DNA of 64,000 bases, taken from NCBI GenBank assembly GCA_047495785.1, contig JBLDXI010000009.1:496001-560000 (forward strand), read 5' to 3'. Made by a program: the position numbers and the translations under genes. Source of the DNA: Lepidodermella squamata. Lineage: Eukaryota > Animalia > Gastrotricha. Within the stretch, counting starts at the first letter, position 1, and each line of letters opens with the position of its first letter. This document shows positions 23,365 to 35,899 of this stretch, one piece after another. Below the pieces are notes generated by a model that searched no databases, was not told the DNA's origin, and worked only from the letters and a program-made list of their open reading frames with translations.

Positions 23365-25718
23365 ATGGAGACGGAAGAAGATGAAGACAATTTCTTCCGT
23401 TTTGAAGAACGAACATCTATTATACCTCATCGTGAAAAAACCGTCTCGCACAAGTCAGATTTAAAAGGGATTTGCTCTGATTGCTCATTGGCTGATAAAT
23501 CGGTAAAAAAGCTTGTATCATCATCATATGAGCGTACCCGGGCCTCTCGGGCCGTCATATCCAGATTAGACCATTCGGGTTGGACGCTTTTCACAAGTGA
23601 CAATGTCTTGTTCAAATCTGCGATGTGCCTCTCTACTTTGGCGCGGAATGCTCAACAGAAAGCACCAGTTATTATCGGGAAAGGAGCTTCTAGTGCTGGA
23701 AAAGGTGCGATGAACGTGGCGGTTGCTCGACGGCGTCGCCCGAGTGACATTGGTTTGAGGAGGATAAAGTCCGACGACACGCTACCTGCAACCTTCGTTT
23801 TTTCGAACAACTATAAGAAATACATCGAGTCATTTAGGCGTGAAAAGTTACTTGCTCTGCAGAAGCCCTTGTTTGAGGATGCAATTAAAGCCAAGTTTGA
23901 AGAAATCGCCGCAACTCTTGCGGTTAGGCGATCTTTCCTGGACGATTTACCAGAAACTATCGAAGCAATAATCGATGTGCCTTCGGTAAGGGCAAGTAAA
24001 GAAGAACTTCAGCAGAAAGCATCAGCTTCGAATCACAGCAACCACTCGGTGGAAGCCATACTGTCACATAAGCAAATTAACCCCGGTTTAAATAATCCTA
24101 ACAATCAAACTCAGAATGTTTCAGCTAAGATACCTGCTCAAATTAGCCTGGACCTCCCGCCAAGTAGCCAGAATTTTTCACCATTTCACGAGCTTCAGTT
24201 AAAAACCACAGACGCTGGGAAGAAGAATAATGTAATGATATATCAAAAGTCCGCCAGTAATCAGGGACTCGCGCTGGCTCAAGGCTCGCAGATGATCACA
24301 TCTGTGCCTGGGAATAAACAAACACAACAGCAGAATCAGCAGAATCAGCAACAACAACAACAGCAACAGCAACAACAGCAGCAGTATCAAGCAATTCAAC
24401 CCGCTGCTAATGGATCGGCATCCAAGGCAAATTCTTCGAATAAGGCATCAGTTCCCAAAGTATTTGATGTCACGAGCTATATTCTAGACAGGGATTTGTT
24501 GAAAAGGTAAAGTTACTTTGCTCACGATACCATAATTTTGATCGACATTTTGCCCCAGGAAAATGGCAGAGCAATTGCGGTCAGCTGAAAATGGAGCAGT
24601 CAATGCTTCTGTCAAGCCGTTGGGAAAATTAAGCGACAAGGTTAGTATGACAAATTCAGAGATTCTAAGATAAGTGCGATGCATTGTTATAGCAGCGCGA
24701 TGCATCTCCGTCGCCCATGCTTATTCCGAACAGTCTGGGCAAAGCTTACATGAACGGCTCGGTGAATGGTGATTCTCAGCCGGTTAGATTGCTTACAGCT
24801 GGGGACGGCGAGGTTTTATCCAAAGCTCGCTCCCAGCTATCAGCAGGTAAGGCAGGCCACGGAACCGATTCGGCGGCATCTTCTGCATCGGTCCACCGAG
24901 TGGTTGGAGAGCCAAACTACACCGATATCAAATACTGGTTGCTCACCTCAGGCCGCAATGCTAACGACTCGCAGCTTTCTGGTGCTAATGCACAGCCAAC
25001 TACGGCTGCTTTCTTGAAACAACAAGCCAACGAGCTCAAAGCGTTGCAGCGTCAGCCGTCTTCTCACATGACATCAAACGACAATGCAGGCGTATCTGTG
25101 AGGTTGAAAACATTCAACGCCGCAGAGGCCATTCCACCGTCAATGAAGCATGTCAAAACCAAGAGCTTCTCCCTAACTGCTGCTGGAGGTATGTGCAATT
25201 TACGGTGTATTAGTTTCATTTTTGAAGCTTCCCTGAAATTCGCGCCCTCAATAGATTTTTGGATACCTCCAGATAGAACAGTGTTATCGGTATTCTTATT
25301 TGAAAAGGGGATATATATTCACGTATTATTTATTCTTGAATCGGCCACAATTCTGATTTAATAAAGCACAAGGTGCATAAAATTTTGTTCAACTACAAAC
25401 CATAATGTTCATTTAATCATTTCAATAACCTTCAAGCAAAATTGGCTCATGTTGTTATGTGTTGTATAATCTCCAATTCCAGTGAAGCACCTCACTATCA
25501 GAAAGCGGGTTCCTTCGAGTCATCTAGTCACGAAAGACAGTAATAGCGTGGATCCTATCGTGCAGTTTACCTCTAAACCCGCTCCGATCCCAACCGCCCC
25601 CGTTTTGCGGCTGATCAGGGCTAATAGTGACATGATGATGCCACCGCATTCAGCTGATAAGCCTAACAGAGCGTACATTCTAACCCAAGATGACCTACCC
25701 CCATTTGATTTCGTTTGA
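23365..25718 (+). CDS. Uncharacterised low-complexity/polyQ protein (exons 23365-24506, 24559-24640, 24693-25188, terminal exon 25483-25718)
   Basis: Long ORFs joined in frame by GT-AG introns, with a Q-rich tract. No domain recognised. Confidence 0.7.
24323..24384 (+). repeat. CAA/CAG repeat encoding a polyglutamine tract
   Basis: caacagcagaatcagcagaatcagcaacaacaacaacagcaacagcaacaacagcagcag, in frame in the 23365 gene. Confidence 0.9.
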
Positions 25719-26605
25719 TTGCCAGCTTCCAGTTATGTTCACGATTTTGCACTCGCAATTACCATTATAATCACTAGATGTTAACATTGAAACAGTATTG
25801 TTTTATTGAAAACGTGATATTTTATTAAGGTTGCGGTGTGAAGGACAGTTTTGACGACGAAATCATCGCGTTTGATAAATAAAACTATTTGACTTTGACA
25901 AATACTTTCTTCCAAGCTAAAACGCACAAAACCTTCAAATATGAACTGCTTGACTTGTAGAAATGAAAGTTTCAAAATGACCGCCGCTGGAAATAACTTG
26001 CACCACATCTTACGGTTTGTGCTCGGTCATAGCATATTAATTACTCGGTAGTAGCTTTTCTGCTTGCAGAGCATATTAACTGATACTGCAATGCTAATAC
26101 TGCTCATCTTATTTATTTCGCACTTTGTTTCAATTTCTCCTCATAGCCGAAGACAGGCGCAAAGTTATTGGCGCTTTGTCAGAGTTGGGCATTACACAAG
26201 GCTGGACTCAGCGGACTTGACTAAAGTGAAGCGGTCGAGTGGGTTAATTTCTTGCGCTAACAATTGTAGCTTTGTCTTTCTGTTTTTTACTAACTTCTCG
26301 TGAGTTGTGTTAGAGTGATTTTATGCGATTTTAGACTTATATCCCTCCACGTAGCTAGTCATTAAATACGATTATTCGTGCTTTGAAATACGGTTCAATG
26401 TTGTTTTAAAATCATTAAAAGTAAAACGCGTGAAACATATCCTAATTTTGAACTTATTTTGTTGTTTGTGGAGTAGTTTAGATTTGCCACATCATCATCA
26501 ACTTAAAAAAAAACACTCGTTGAGTAGATGTAGCACTGACGTCTGTCTATTAACTCATTGAGTTGAATTCAAATTTTTAAAACGCTTTGTTTTGCTTTTT
26601 CACAG

Positions 26606-27264
26606 GACAGCGTGTTCTCTTCGGTAACAATCTCGCAATCAACGTTTCTGCGCGATGCGAGGAAACTAATGGGAACGCCTACGCCAACGCCACTCCCGCA
26701 CACCCTCACCAATCTTCCCTTGTAGTCACTGCTCATAGCGCCACGAATAACAGCAACAACAACAGCAAACCTACCGCAAACATGAATGGCCAAAGTACTC
26801 ATCCGAACCCGGCAGTTGCCGCCGCGATTTCTGCTCAGAACCTCTTCAACACCGTGACAACCGGCGACTTATCAATGCTTGCCGTAGCGCCAAACAGCTC
26901 ATCCGTTCGCATATTCTCAGCGTCGAATTCGCGGGTTAAAGCGGCTGCTCATTCAGCCGATAACGCCATGTCGTCTTACATTGCCGATAGGAAAAGCCGC
27001 GAATCGGTTGGCACCCGTGAAATGAACCCCGCAGCTTCATTTAACATCGCCAACGTCATTGCCGAAGCGTTGAACCGCCGGGGTCGCCATTTGAACCCGC
27101 GACGGTCGCCCATGAAAACTCAGCGCCGTTCTGGCTCTGAAAATGGCAATGCGAATGAACCGGTTGCTCTACGCCTTACGACTCCTGGCGATCAAAACGG
27201 GGCGTACCATTTATCGGCGCCATCTCTCGCTGTGCTTGAAAGTGATGCCAACGACCTGCAGTGA
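26606..27264 (+). CDS. Terminal coding exon (about 219 aa, N/A/S-rich), probably an alternative last exon of the 23365 gene
   Basis: Long ORF preceded by a polypyrimidine acceptor (ttttgctttttcacag). It is phase 1, matching the donor at 25188/25189. Confidence 0.55.
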
Positions 27265-27749
27265 TTTTTCTTTTATACTCCACCTCGCTTACTCTGTTAA
27301 TAAAGCTTTCTGGATAACATAATTTATATTCGATTGTCATTTCTTCTTCTGTGATCGAAAAACTGTGATTATGGCTTTGTGTATCTATCAAATTAGTGAT
27401 ATTGACGGAGGTCGATTGTTTTTTATTCGGAAATTGACGTGTAAGGCGCAATAAAGTTGCAAGTGCATGACGCAGGCATTGTGTGTTTTTTTACAAGCTC
27501 CTGCTCATCCCCGGTCTTCATGACTGACAGAGGTACGACAGAAGAATTTCGCGCGATGGTGTTACTGATAGCCGCAAACTACAACAGCGCGTGGCTTGAT
27601 ACATACATGAGAAAGTTTGACAAGGTCAATAGTAGCCTACCGAATTACGTCGTTCGCCCTGAATTTTACATCGCTACAGCGAGAGGAAACGTTCTCGCTA
27701 GATGCCAGCCTTTAAAAGCTGCCGATAACGACAGGTTCATTCTTGAAAG

Positions 27750-30700
27750 ATGGCAAAACCTCAGTCGATCATATCTAGCATCCTAATTATAAGTGTTTGC
27801 ACTGCAATCGTGAGCTCAACGGTTTGGTTTTCCTTGGAACTGATTTCATCACTGGTCAAACATTTTCGTTTCTACCAGGAAGAATCTGAAGGATGTGAAT
27901 ACGTTCACAAAATCGATAATGCAACAGAGCAATGTAGATACGTTCAGGATTCAGAAGACTGCGCTACAGATGGTGGCTACGTCAACTATGTTGTGAAGCT
28001 TTACTGTTCATTCGAACCCAACATCAGACCTCTTGGCTACGTGCTATACGTAAGATAGCCATCATACCCTAATGCTTTGCTCAATAAACATAATTAATAA
28101 AGGCGCTGTGGTTCCTATATCTACTTCTAGCGACAGCTGTTACGTCCGACAGATTGTAAGTTCACGTAGGTTCAGCTATTCGATTGGGTTCAAACTCTTT
28201 TAATTGTTTTAGTTTCGCCCCTAATTTGCCGATTATAGCCGAGGCTCTGCATCTTAGGTCGGTTCTTTCAAGTAATATTTCTATTGCATTCTATCAATTT
28301 TTCAACTTTCAGTGAAAATATCGCGGTATGCTACCATCGGCCTTCATTTAATTTGAAATTATACCGAGTTATATCAGGGAGAGACACTGCTGGCTCTTGG
28401 AAATGGAGCTCCGGATTTCTTCACAAGCCTAGTTGCTGCTTTGGGCATGAAAGATGGAGATGCCGGCATACTTTACGGGACACTGCTCGGCTCTGGAACT
28501 TTTGTTACCACCGTGGCCCTTGGAACAATTATCATGATCAAACCTTTTCGCACTATGCAACGACCACTGTTGAAAGACATGGCATTTTATATGATTGCGG
28601 TATTTTGCGCCTTCAGCACGCTTTGGGACGGCATCATACACGTTTGGGAAGCCGCTATGTTCCTCGTAATTTATGTCACTTACCTGATAACGGTATTTGC
28701 CGGGCCTCATCTCAACAAGTGCTTGCTAACTTGGGCTAGGAAGCGACGGACTGAAGCTGAAAAAGGCCTTACTTCAAACCAAAGCACGGTCGCTGAAAAC
28801 ATGAATCAGGCGAATGAAGGTTCTGGTGCGAATGGTCAGGTACAACCCGAGCTTCGAACTCGTGAAAACTCTAAAACTTCAGTAAATCACATCAATGCTC
28901 CGGAGGGACCCTCGGCTGCTGAGCCTCAACAAAATATTGAGCTTCGACCAGTTCAAGCGCGGCGTCAAAGTGGAAATACCGTTAGCTTTAGCAATCCGGC
29001 ATTTCAAGGAGAGGATTTCAGCATTACTCGACGCAGGTTGAGTCGAATTTCCATGGAGCCCAGTAGCATCATCGGCGAACCGTTGATTGAAGAGCCTAAC
29101 ACTGCCTCGAATGACAAGGCTGTCGATGAAACTGATGAAACCCCTGTGTTACCTGATGCGAGCTCTGAGATTCTCAACCCTGAAAGACTTCCAGTGGCTT
29201 TGGGACTTCGACAGCCGCGTGTTTCGATTCAAGACTTGCAGCCACAAGTTCCAAAATTTCGCGCCATTCTTCGCCAGCAGTCTAAAAGCACGGCTTACTA
29301 TGAGCCACCAAGCGCTCCGCAGGGTCAAAGCGGCTCTTATAGCGCTTTAAATGGTGCCAGCGTGGGTGCGAGTAGGCGTCGTCAATCTGCTTGGGCCGGA
29401 ATGAGTACGTCACCACCACCGAGATCAGGAGCACCCTCGCCATCATCTGGTTTCTCACGATCACGGCAGTCCAGCAGGGCGGATGGGCTTGAGTTGTCAG
29501 GCTCGGAAAGCCCAAACATACCGAGATCGGCTCGTTTGATGATGCGACGAGCGTCAAACCGACTGAATGAGCCTAAAATATCTTCGCTACGCAATGAAGA
29601 AATCGAAAATCAACCTACGACCACGGCAGGTCTGCGAGCTGGGTCACGGCTAGATTCGAGAATGCAGTCGAGGCTGGAAGCCTTTCTCGAGCACGACAGC
29701 GACGACGAAGCCAAGCAAGCGGAAAAGGAGGAAGCTTATAATCGGCAACGAAGAGGGTCGCTAATGAGCGGAGTCTCCACTCCTGCGTCAATTAGGCAAC
29801 GCGACGCAAGATCAAACAGCATTTACACCCTTCCCGTTCCGATCGAGACAAGACGTCGTACTACTTCTCTCGGGAGAAGAGCCCAAATTACAGAGGAAGG
29901 AGATGTTGAAATTCAAATCAGTGTTCAAGCTGCTACGCCTACTCTTCGGGAGGAGGAAACATTTGAGGTGGTTGTTAGTGATCCTGCAAATCCGCCACTA
30001 AGCAACATGGATACTAACAGTGAAATCGATGAAATCGTCGAAGACAGGCCTTATTGGAAGTGGATTCTGCAGGGTTACAATCCAATCGAAGTTGACCAAT
30101 GGCCGAAACAGTCGTGTTTCGGAAAAACCATGCAAATTCTCAAAGCTCCGCTAGTTCTGGCGATGTTGATTACAAATCCAGTGAGGACTTGCGATTCTTT
30201 TTTTAATTGTATTAATGATGAGACTTAGGTTCTGGACGAAGAGAGGCCGATGTTAAACTGGAACAGACCGGTGAACTGCCTGCATTGCATTATTTCGCCC
30301 ATTTTTGTCATATTAGCCATAGTTGGTAAGAATAAGGAATATGCGATGCATCAGCTTACCAATAACTACGCGAAAATATCTAGAATTTGATTATATGCTT
30401 GGCGGACATTTCCCGTTAATCGTCCTTCTGGCTATTATCGGCGCTGCAGCTGCAGTCTGGACTTTTTTCACGTCTAAAAACACTGAGCGTCCCAAGTATC
30501 ACCTGGTAAGCCTGACATATTTTGCTGCCATTTGACTACTCTTGGATAGGCGTTTGCATTTCTAGGCTTTGCAACAACAGTGATATGGATTTACGTGTTA
30601 GCGAATGAAATTGTAATAAGGATTCCCTTGATCGGTGCTAAATAGCTAAATTTGGTCATTTATCAGGTTAATTTGCTTCAGTGCTTCGGTCTTGCTCTGA

Positions 30701-31237
30701 ATATCAGCCAGGCAATCCTCGGCCTAACAGTTCTAGCTTGGGGAAACAGTCTCGGTGATCTGCTCAACAACGTCATCATCGCAAGACAAGGTTATTCGAA
30801 AATGGCGATTTCCAGCTGCTTTGGCGGAATGCTCTTCAGTAACATGACTGCAATAAAACGCCATATTTATTTTTTATTTCGTTTCCAGATATTCTCCTAG
30901 GATTAGGCGTTCCTCTTCTAATTGTAACGGGCAAGAGTTCCGATGGGTTTATTCAAGTGAGTTCAAGGATTTCAGCTTCATGGTAATTTTCTACGCGAGA
31001 ATGTTTCAGATCGAGCAATCAAATGTATTGTCGATTTTGTTTGGTTTCCTCGGCTTGGAACTGGTCTCTTCGTTCATCGCTATTCCCATAATTCAGGGCT
31101 TCTACGTCAGGCGTCCATATGCAATTTACCTGTACGTCATATATGCTCTATGTATCGTGTTAGCAATTCTAACAGAGGTTCAAGTTATTCAACCAAATGT
31201 CTTCAACTATGCTCGCGTAGGCTTCCGAAATGATTAG
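27750..31237 (+). CDS. SLC8B1: Cation/Ca2+ exchanger, NCLX/CCX family, copy 1 (type A)
   Basis: Signal peptide; Cys-rich ectodomain (C..V...DC.TDGGYVNYV..LYC); alpha-1 GETLLALGNGAPDFF; large cytosolic loop; WNRP; alpha-2 GLTVLAWGNSLGDLLNN...ARQGYSKMAISSCFGG. Confidence 0.9.
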
Positions 31238-31912
31238 ACACCATTGGAGAAATGTACTTCGTTCTGTCGTAGGTATTTAAAATAAATAATTCAATTCGGA
31301 TAGAAGTCTTTTTCTTTTGAAAACGGTTTCAAACTGCGTGGAGCCATATAAATGTTATTTCGCTATTGATGCGATATGGCGGAGTATATAGTGATATATT
31401 GTCCGTTGATAATTTGTATTTCAATGCGCCATCCATTGAGACGCTTTGATTTTATTCTGCGCCACCTAAAAAAAAGTTGGCAAACGAGCGCTTGGAAGAA
31501 TAAGGCAGCTATGCAATTATTTGTTGCTTGTTGTATAGAGTTAACCACGAGCAAGCACGTTTTTTGTGTTTTCGTCTTTGTGTTGCGATTGTTATGCTGG
31601 TGTTTTTTTTCCATTTTTCCTAGGTGTAACGGGAAGGGATTGCGGCTCTCCAATATGAGCTCTCGTAATAATTTTAATGAGTGTGAGGTATAACAGGTAT
31701 CACACCTCTCACACTTTCCCACTTGGAATAGTCAAAACAAAAGACAGCTGAGCCAAGTGTTTTAGCCTAAAGCTGCCGATTCGACCCAATTTTCTGCTTT
31801 TCCTTGGACGAAATTGCCGCGTCTGGTAAATCTCAAAATCAGCACCACTTGAATAGGGTAACACTTTGTATATAGATTATTACTAGCAAGCCCTGCATGA
31901 CAGCCGAAATCG

Positions 31913-34900
31913 ATGAACACCAAGCTGGCCATTTTATTGCTCTCCATCGCCGCTTTGCCTTTTTTCATTCCGCAACCATTAGCAAGTGCGGACGAAAGCG
32001 TCGCAGAATTGCTTGAAGAGGTTGACTTGCCACCAGAGGTAGCTTGGCTCCGCTAAGAAAAGACGTAATAAATATGCTGTTTTTCCAACAGGACGGCGTT
32101 TGCAACCTGGTAATACGCATCAAAAACGATACTGAAAAATGCCAATTCATTCGCGTAAGTGAAAACAAAAGACCTAATGCTCATGAATTTTGATGATTAA
32201 CTCGATGAAATGAAAGAGAACCGACGATTGCAGCATCGAAAGTGGATATATCAACTACGTGGACGCTCTGTACTGCACGTTTCAGGGGGCGACTTTGCAG
32301 CCGATCGGATTTATTTTATACGTTAGTTCGTTTTAGAATAATGCATAGTTTTTTCCAATCTTTCGAGAAATTTACAGGCCCTACTGTTTCTTTACCTGCT
32401 TATCTGTGTTGCTGTGACATCCGATCGCATGTAAGTATATAAAGTTTTTTTTGAAGTCATGTAACAGTCGTATCGATGTTCAATTCAGGTTTATTCCTAA
32501 TCTATCTGCGATGGCAAAAGCTCTTCGCCTAAGGTAAAAATTCCCTTGAAAGGTTCAATTATTTCGATAATTAATGCATTTTTTCCAACAGCGAAAGCGT
32601 TGCGGTAAGAATCATAACGCATAGATTCAGCTTTTTCTTCTACAGCTCCAAGTAACAGGGTGAGACACTGTTGCCGCTTGGAAATGGCGCCGCCGATATT
32701 TTCACGTCAATAGCTGCTGCGATTTCGATGAAGGACGGCGACGTCGGGGTTCTGTACGGTACTTTACTTGGCTCGGGAATGTTTATGACAACTGTTATTG
32801 TTGCCGCAATCGTCCTTGTGAAACCATTTCACACCATGCAACGGCCGTTGTTGCGAGTTCTAGTGTTTTACCTAGCGTCCCTCTTTTTCGGTAATACTCC
32901 TTGACTATTTTCATTCAAATTCAAATTTTTGTTACATCATAGCTTTCTACGTCTTATGGGATGGTACAATCACAGCCGTCGATGCTTCAAGTAGGCTCCG
33001 GTGCATTATAGTTTTCTTCGTAAAATGCCCACTTTTCCCATAGTATTCCTTGTTCTTTACGTGTTCTACCTAAGCACGGTGCTGCTCGGGCCTAAAATTA
33101 ACGCGTGGCTGACGGCGTGGGTTCAAAAGCGAAATATGAGGAAAGAGGAGCGTAAACTCAAGCTGGAGCCTGTGGATGTCAACCAAGCGATTGTTTTACC
33201 GACGATTTCTAATGGTGTTATTGCGCCAGATGAAACCACAGCACCGCTTCCTGCACCTGCCATTAGAGTAATCTTATCGAACTCATCTATCATCCTTCAT
33301 CCTGCGTCGCAAAATTCAATCGAGATGATGAATTCGCAGTCCCTAGACGGGTCAAAGCCGAAATTTGCAGATGTCGCCGACTTGGCTGAACCTCGAAGTC
33401 GAGCTTCGTCTATTGGCAACAAAGTTGCGTTCAATTTAGACCCGCGGCAGAGAAGCAACTCCTTAACAGTTGATTCTGCGGCCGATAAGAGGAAGATGGT
33501 CAGCTTTGCAAGCCAGCCAAGAACGCCCCGCTTACAGCACAGTTCCCAAGCAAATATTGAGAAAGCGTTACTAGATTCGCGATTGTCGCGTGTCGCGAGA
33601 ATGTTGATTCGACAGGAGACAGTCAGGCAGGCCTACCGCTACAACGCAAGCCCGTTGCACTTCAGGAGGAAGAAAAGCTTTGCTGATAGCTCATTTAAGC
33701 GAGACAAACCAGGGCCGTCGCATCGAGGCGAAATTTCGAAACTCGAAGCTTTCCTTACCTTCGAATCCTCTTCCTCCGACGAAGACTATTCGGATGCTGA
33801 AATAGCAGTACGATCGAAGAAGTCGAGTCGCAAGTCGAGTTTATATGAAAACGCGAGCCAGGTACACGGATCAATGCAATCAAACATCTGTGCTGTTAAT
33901 GCCATTGCCGCTACGACAGATGCGCAAGCAACTGAACCTACCGCGGTGTGCGAGCCTGTGACCCGAGAGAGCTCCAGCGATACCACTGCTCATATTGAAA
34001 ATAAGCCATTATGGAAATGGTTGGTTGATGGCTTAAATCCGATTGATCAAGAAACGTGGAGCACGCAAAGTTTTGTTGGCAAAACGATGCAGGTGTTACA
34101 AGCGCCGGCTGTGATCATACTCACGCTAACTACTTCCGTGTTGGACGAAGAAAAGCCCATGTGGAACTGGAATCGTCCGCTGTGCGCTCTTCAGTGTATA
34201 TTGATGCCTGCTTTTATTGTTGTAGCCATCAACAGTATGAGACACCCGACATTTATACACTTTATTATAATTTAATTTCGAATTTCAGAAATGGATTTCA
34301 TGATATCTGGAGTCTTCCCATTGGAGCTTGTTATGGTGGGCGTTGGCTTGATCGCTGGTTTGATAGTTATCGCTACTTCGAAAAATACCGTTCGACCAAA
34401 GTATCACATAGTGAGATGCCAATATAAGTGCTGGGTATAACAATTATGATGACTTTTTTCAGGTATTTTCTTTTCTTGGCTTTGTGTCGACTGCAATGTG
34501 GATTTATATGTTTGCGAATGAGCTGGTCAACCTAATTCGCTGCTTTGGAATCGCAACAACTTTGAACGATAGCTTGCTTTCGTTGTAGGTTCCTTTAGAT
34601 GCAGGCCAGACTCGCCTCTATTCGCTATTTTTTCAGAACTTTCTTATCTTGGGGCAACTGCGTCGGAGGTAAAACGATTTCAATGTTTGGCTACCAAAAG
34701 AAACCAAATTTTGAATTTGAATAGATTTGATCAACGACATAGCCGTTGCCAAACAAGGCTTCTCGAAAATGGCAATCAGCGCGTGTTACAGCGGAGCATT
34801 ATTTAGTTAGCCCTATTTCCTATCCATGATTTTTCTCATGTTTTTCTCATTTTTTGAAATTTCAATTTAGACATTCTGCTCGGGCTTGGCATACCGCTTG

Positions 34901-35124
34901 TTATATCCGCAATCGAAGGCGGCGTCGTGATTGTTCACATGGAAGATGTTCTCATAGTCATGTTGGCTTTTACCGGTTTAGCCTTGGTTTCTACATTCAT
35001 AGCTATCCCACTCATCCAACGATTCTACCTTCGGCGCCCATTCGCCATTTACTTGCTCGTTGTTTACGCGTGTTGCTTGGTTTGCGTTGTGCTCGCCGAG
35101 GTTAAAATCATAAAAATTCTTTGA
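31913..35124 (+). CDS. SLC8B1: Cation/Ca2+ exchanger, NCLX/CCX family, copy 2 (type B)
   Basis: Signal peptide MNTKLAILLLSIAALPFF; alpha-1 GETLLPLGNGAADIF; alpha-2 LTFLSWGNCVGDLIND...AKQGFSKMAISACYSG. Many short introns, exon order as in copy 1. Confidence 0.88.
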
Positions 35125-35899
35125 TTTAATACTGGTGAATGCTGCCAACTGGTGATTTGGACTTTATAACTTATTTTTTATGACAATGCAATCAATGGGT
35201 TGTTTCTACTACAACATTATCGCCAAGTAAAAAATTTTCCAGGATACCCCAGTCTATTTTATTCCAGAAGGTTCCGCTTCACTGCAAGTCAAATGCAAGT
35301 CTACCAGATGATGCAGTCCCTATGAGCATGAATTCCGTAACATTTCCATCGTATGCTCTGAATTTCTTCGATGTTAAGGCTTGGATGTGAGCTTCAGAAT
35401 AGTCAGAATAGGACGCAATTTCACAAAATCGAAGCTTTTAATATTATCCCTATCAAGGCATAATCTTTCAAACACCTTTCAAAGCTTCAAGAAACACAAT
35501 AGACTCCAAGCTTGTACTAGATGAAACTGCGTAACAACGAATTGGCTGTTCGATTGGCCGAATCGCCCCTTTTAACCAGGTGAAGTGCGAGTCTATTTAG
35601 CAATATTGACCTATAAAAACCGCGGCTTTCCGTTGTTTAATTTAGAGGTCACACTGTGCGTGTTTTTTTTACCTCAGATTAAGTAGCTATAAGCTATACG
35701 CTGAGTTTATCATCATGGCGTGGTTCGAAATGGCAGATAAGATAGCCCAAACCAGCTGGAGGGACTGCTAGGTAGTCGATAGGAACTTGAAAAAATTGGG
35801 AGACGTAGTAGATATCAGATAAGAATAATCCAGCATCCCATCTATCTTAGGTGTCTTTGATAGCCTTGAACCTCGTTCCCAGGTTTTATAGAGTTCAAG

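Noticed and set aside
27457-27786. 109-aa ORF upstream of exchanger copy 1
   Set aside because: TTG start, overlaps the NCLX start in another frame, no family similarity; more likely 5' UTR or promoter.
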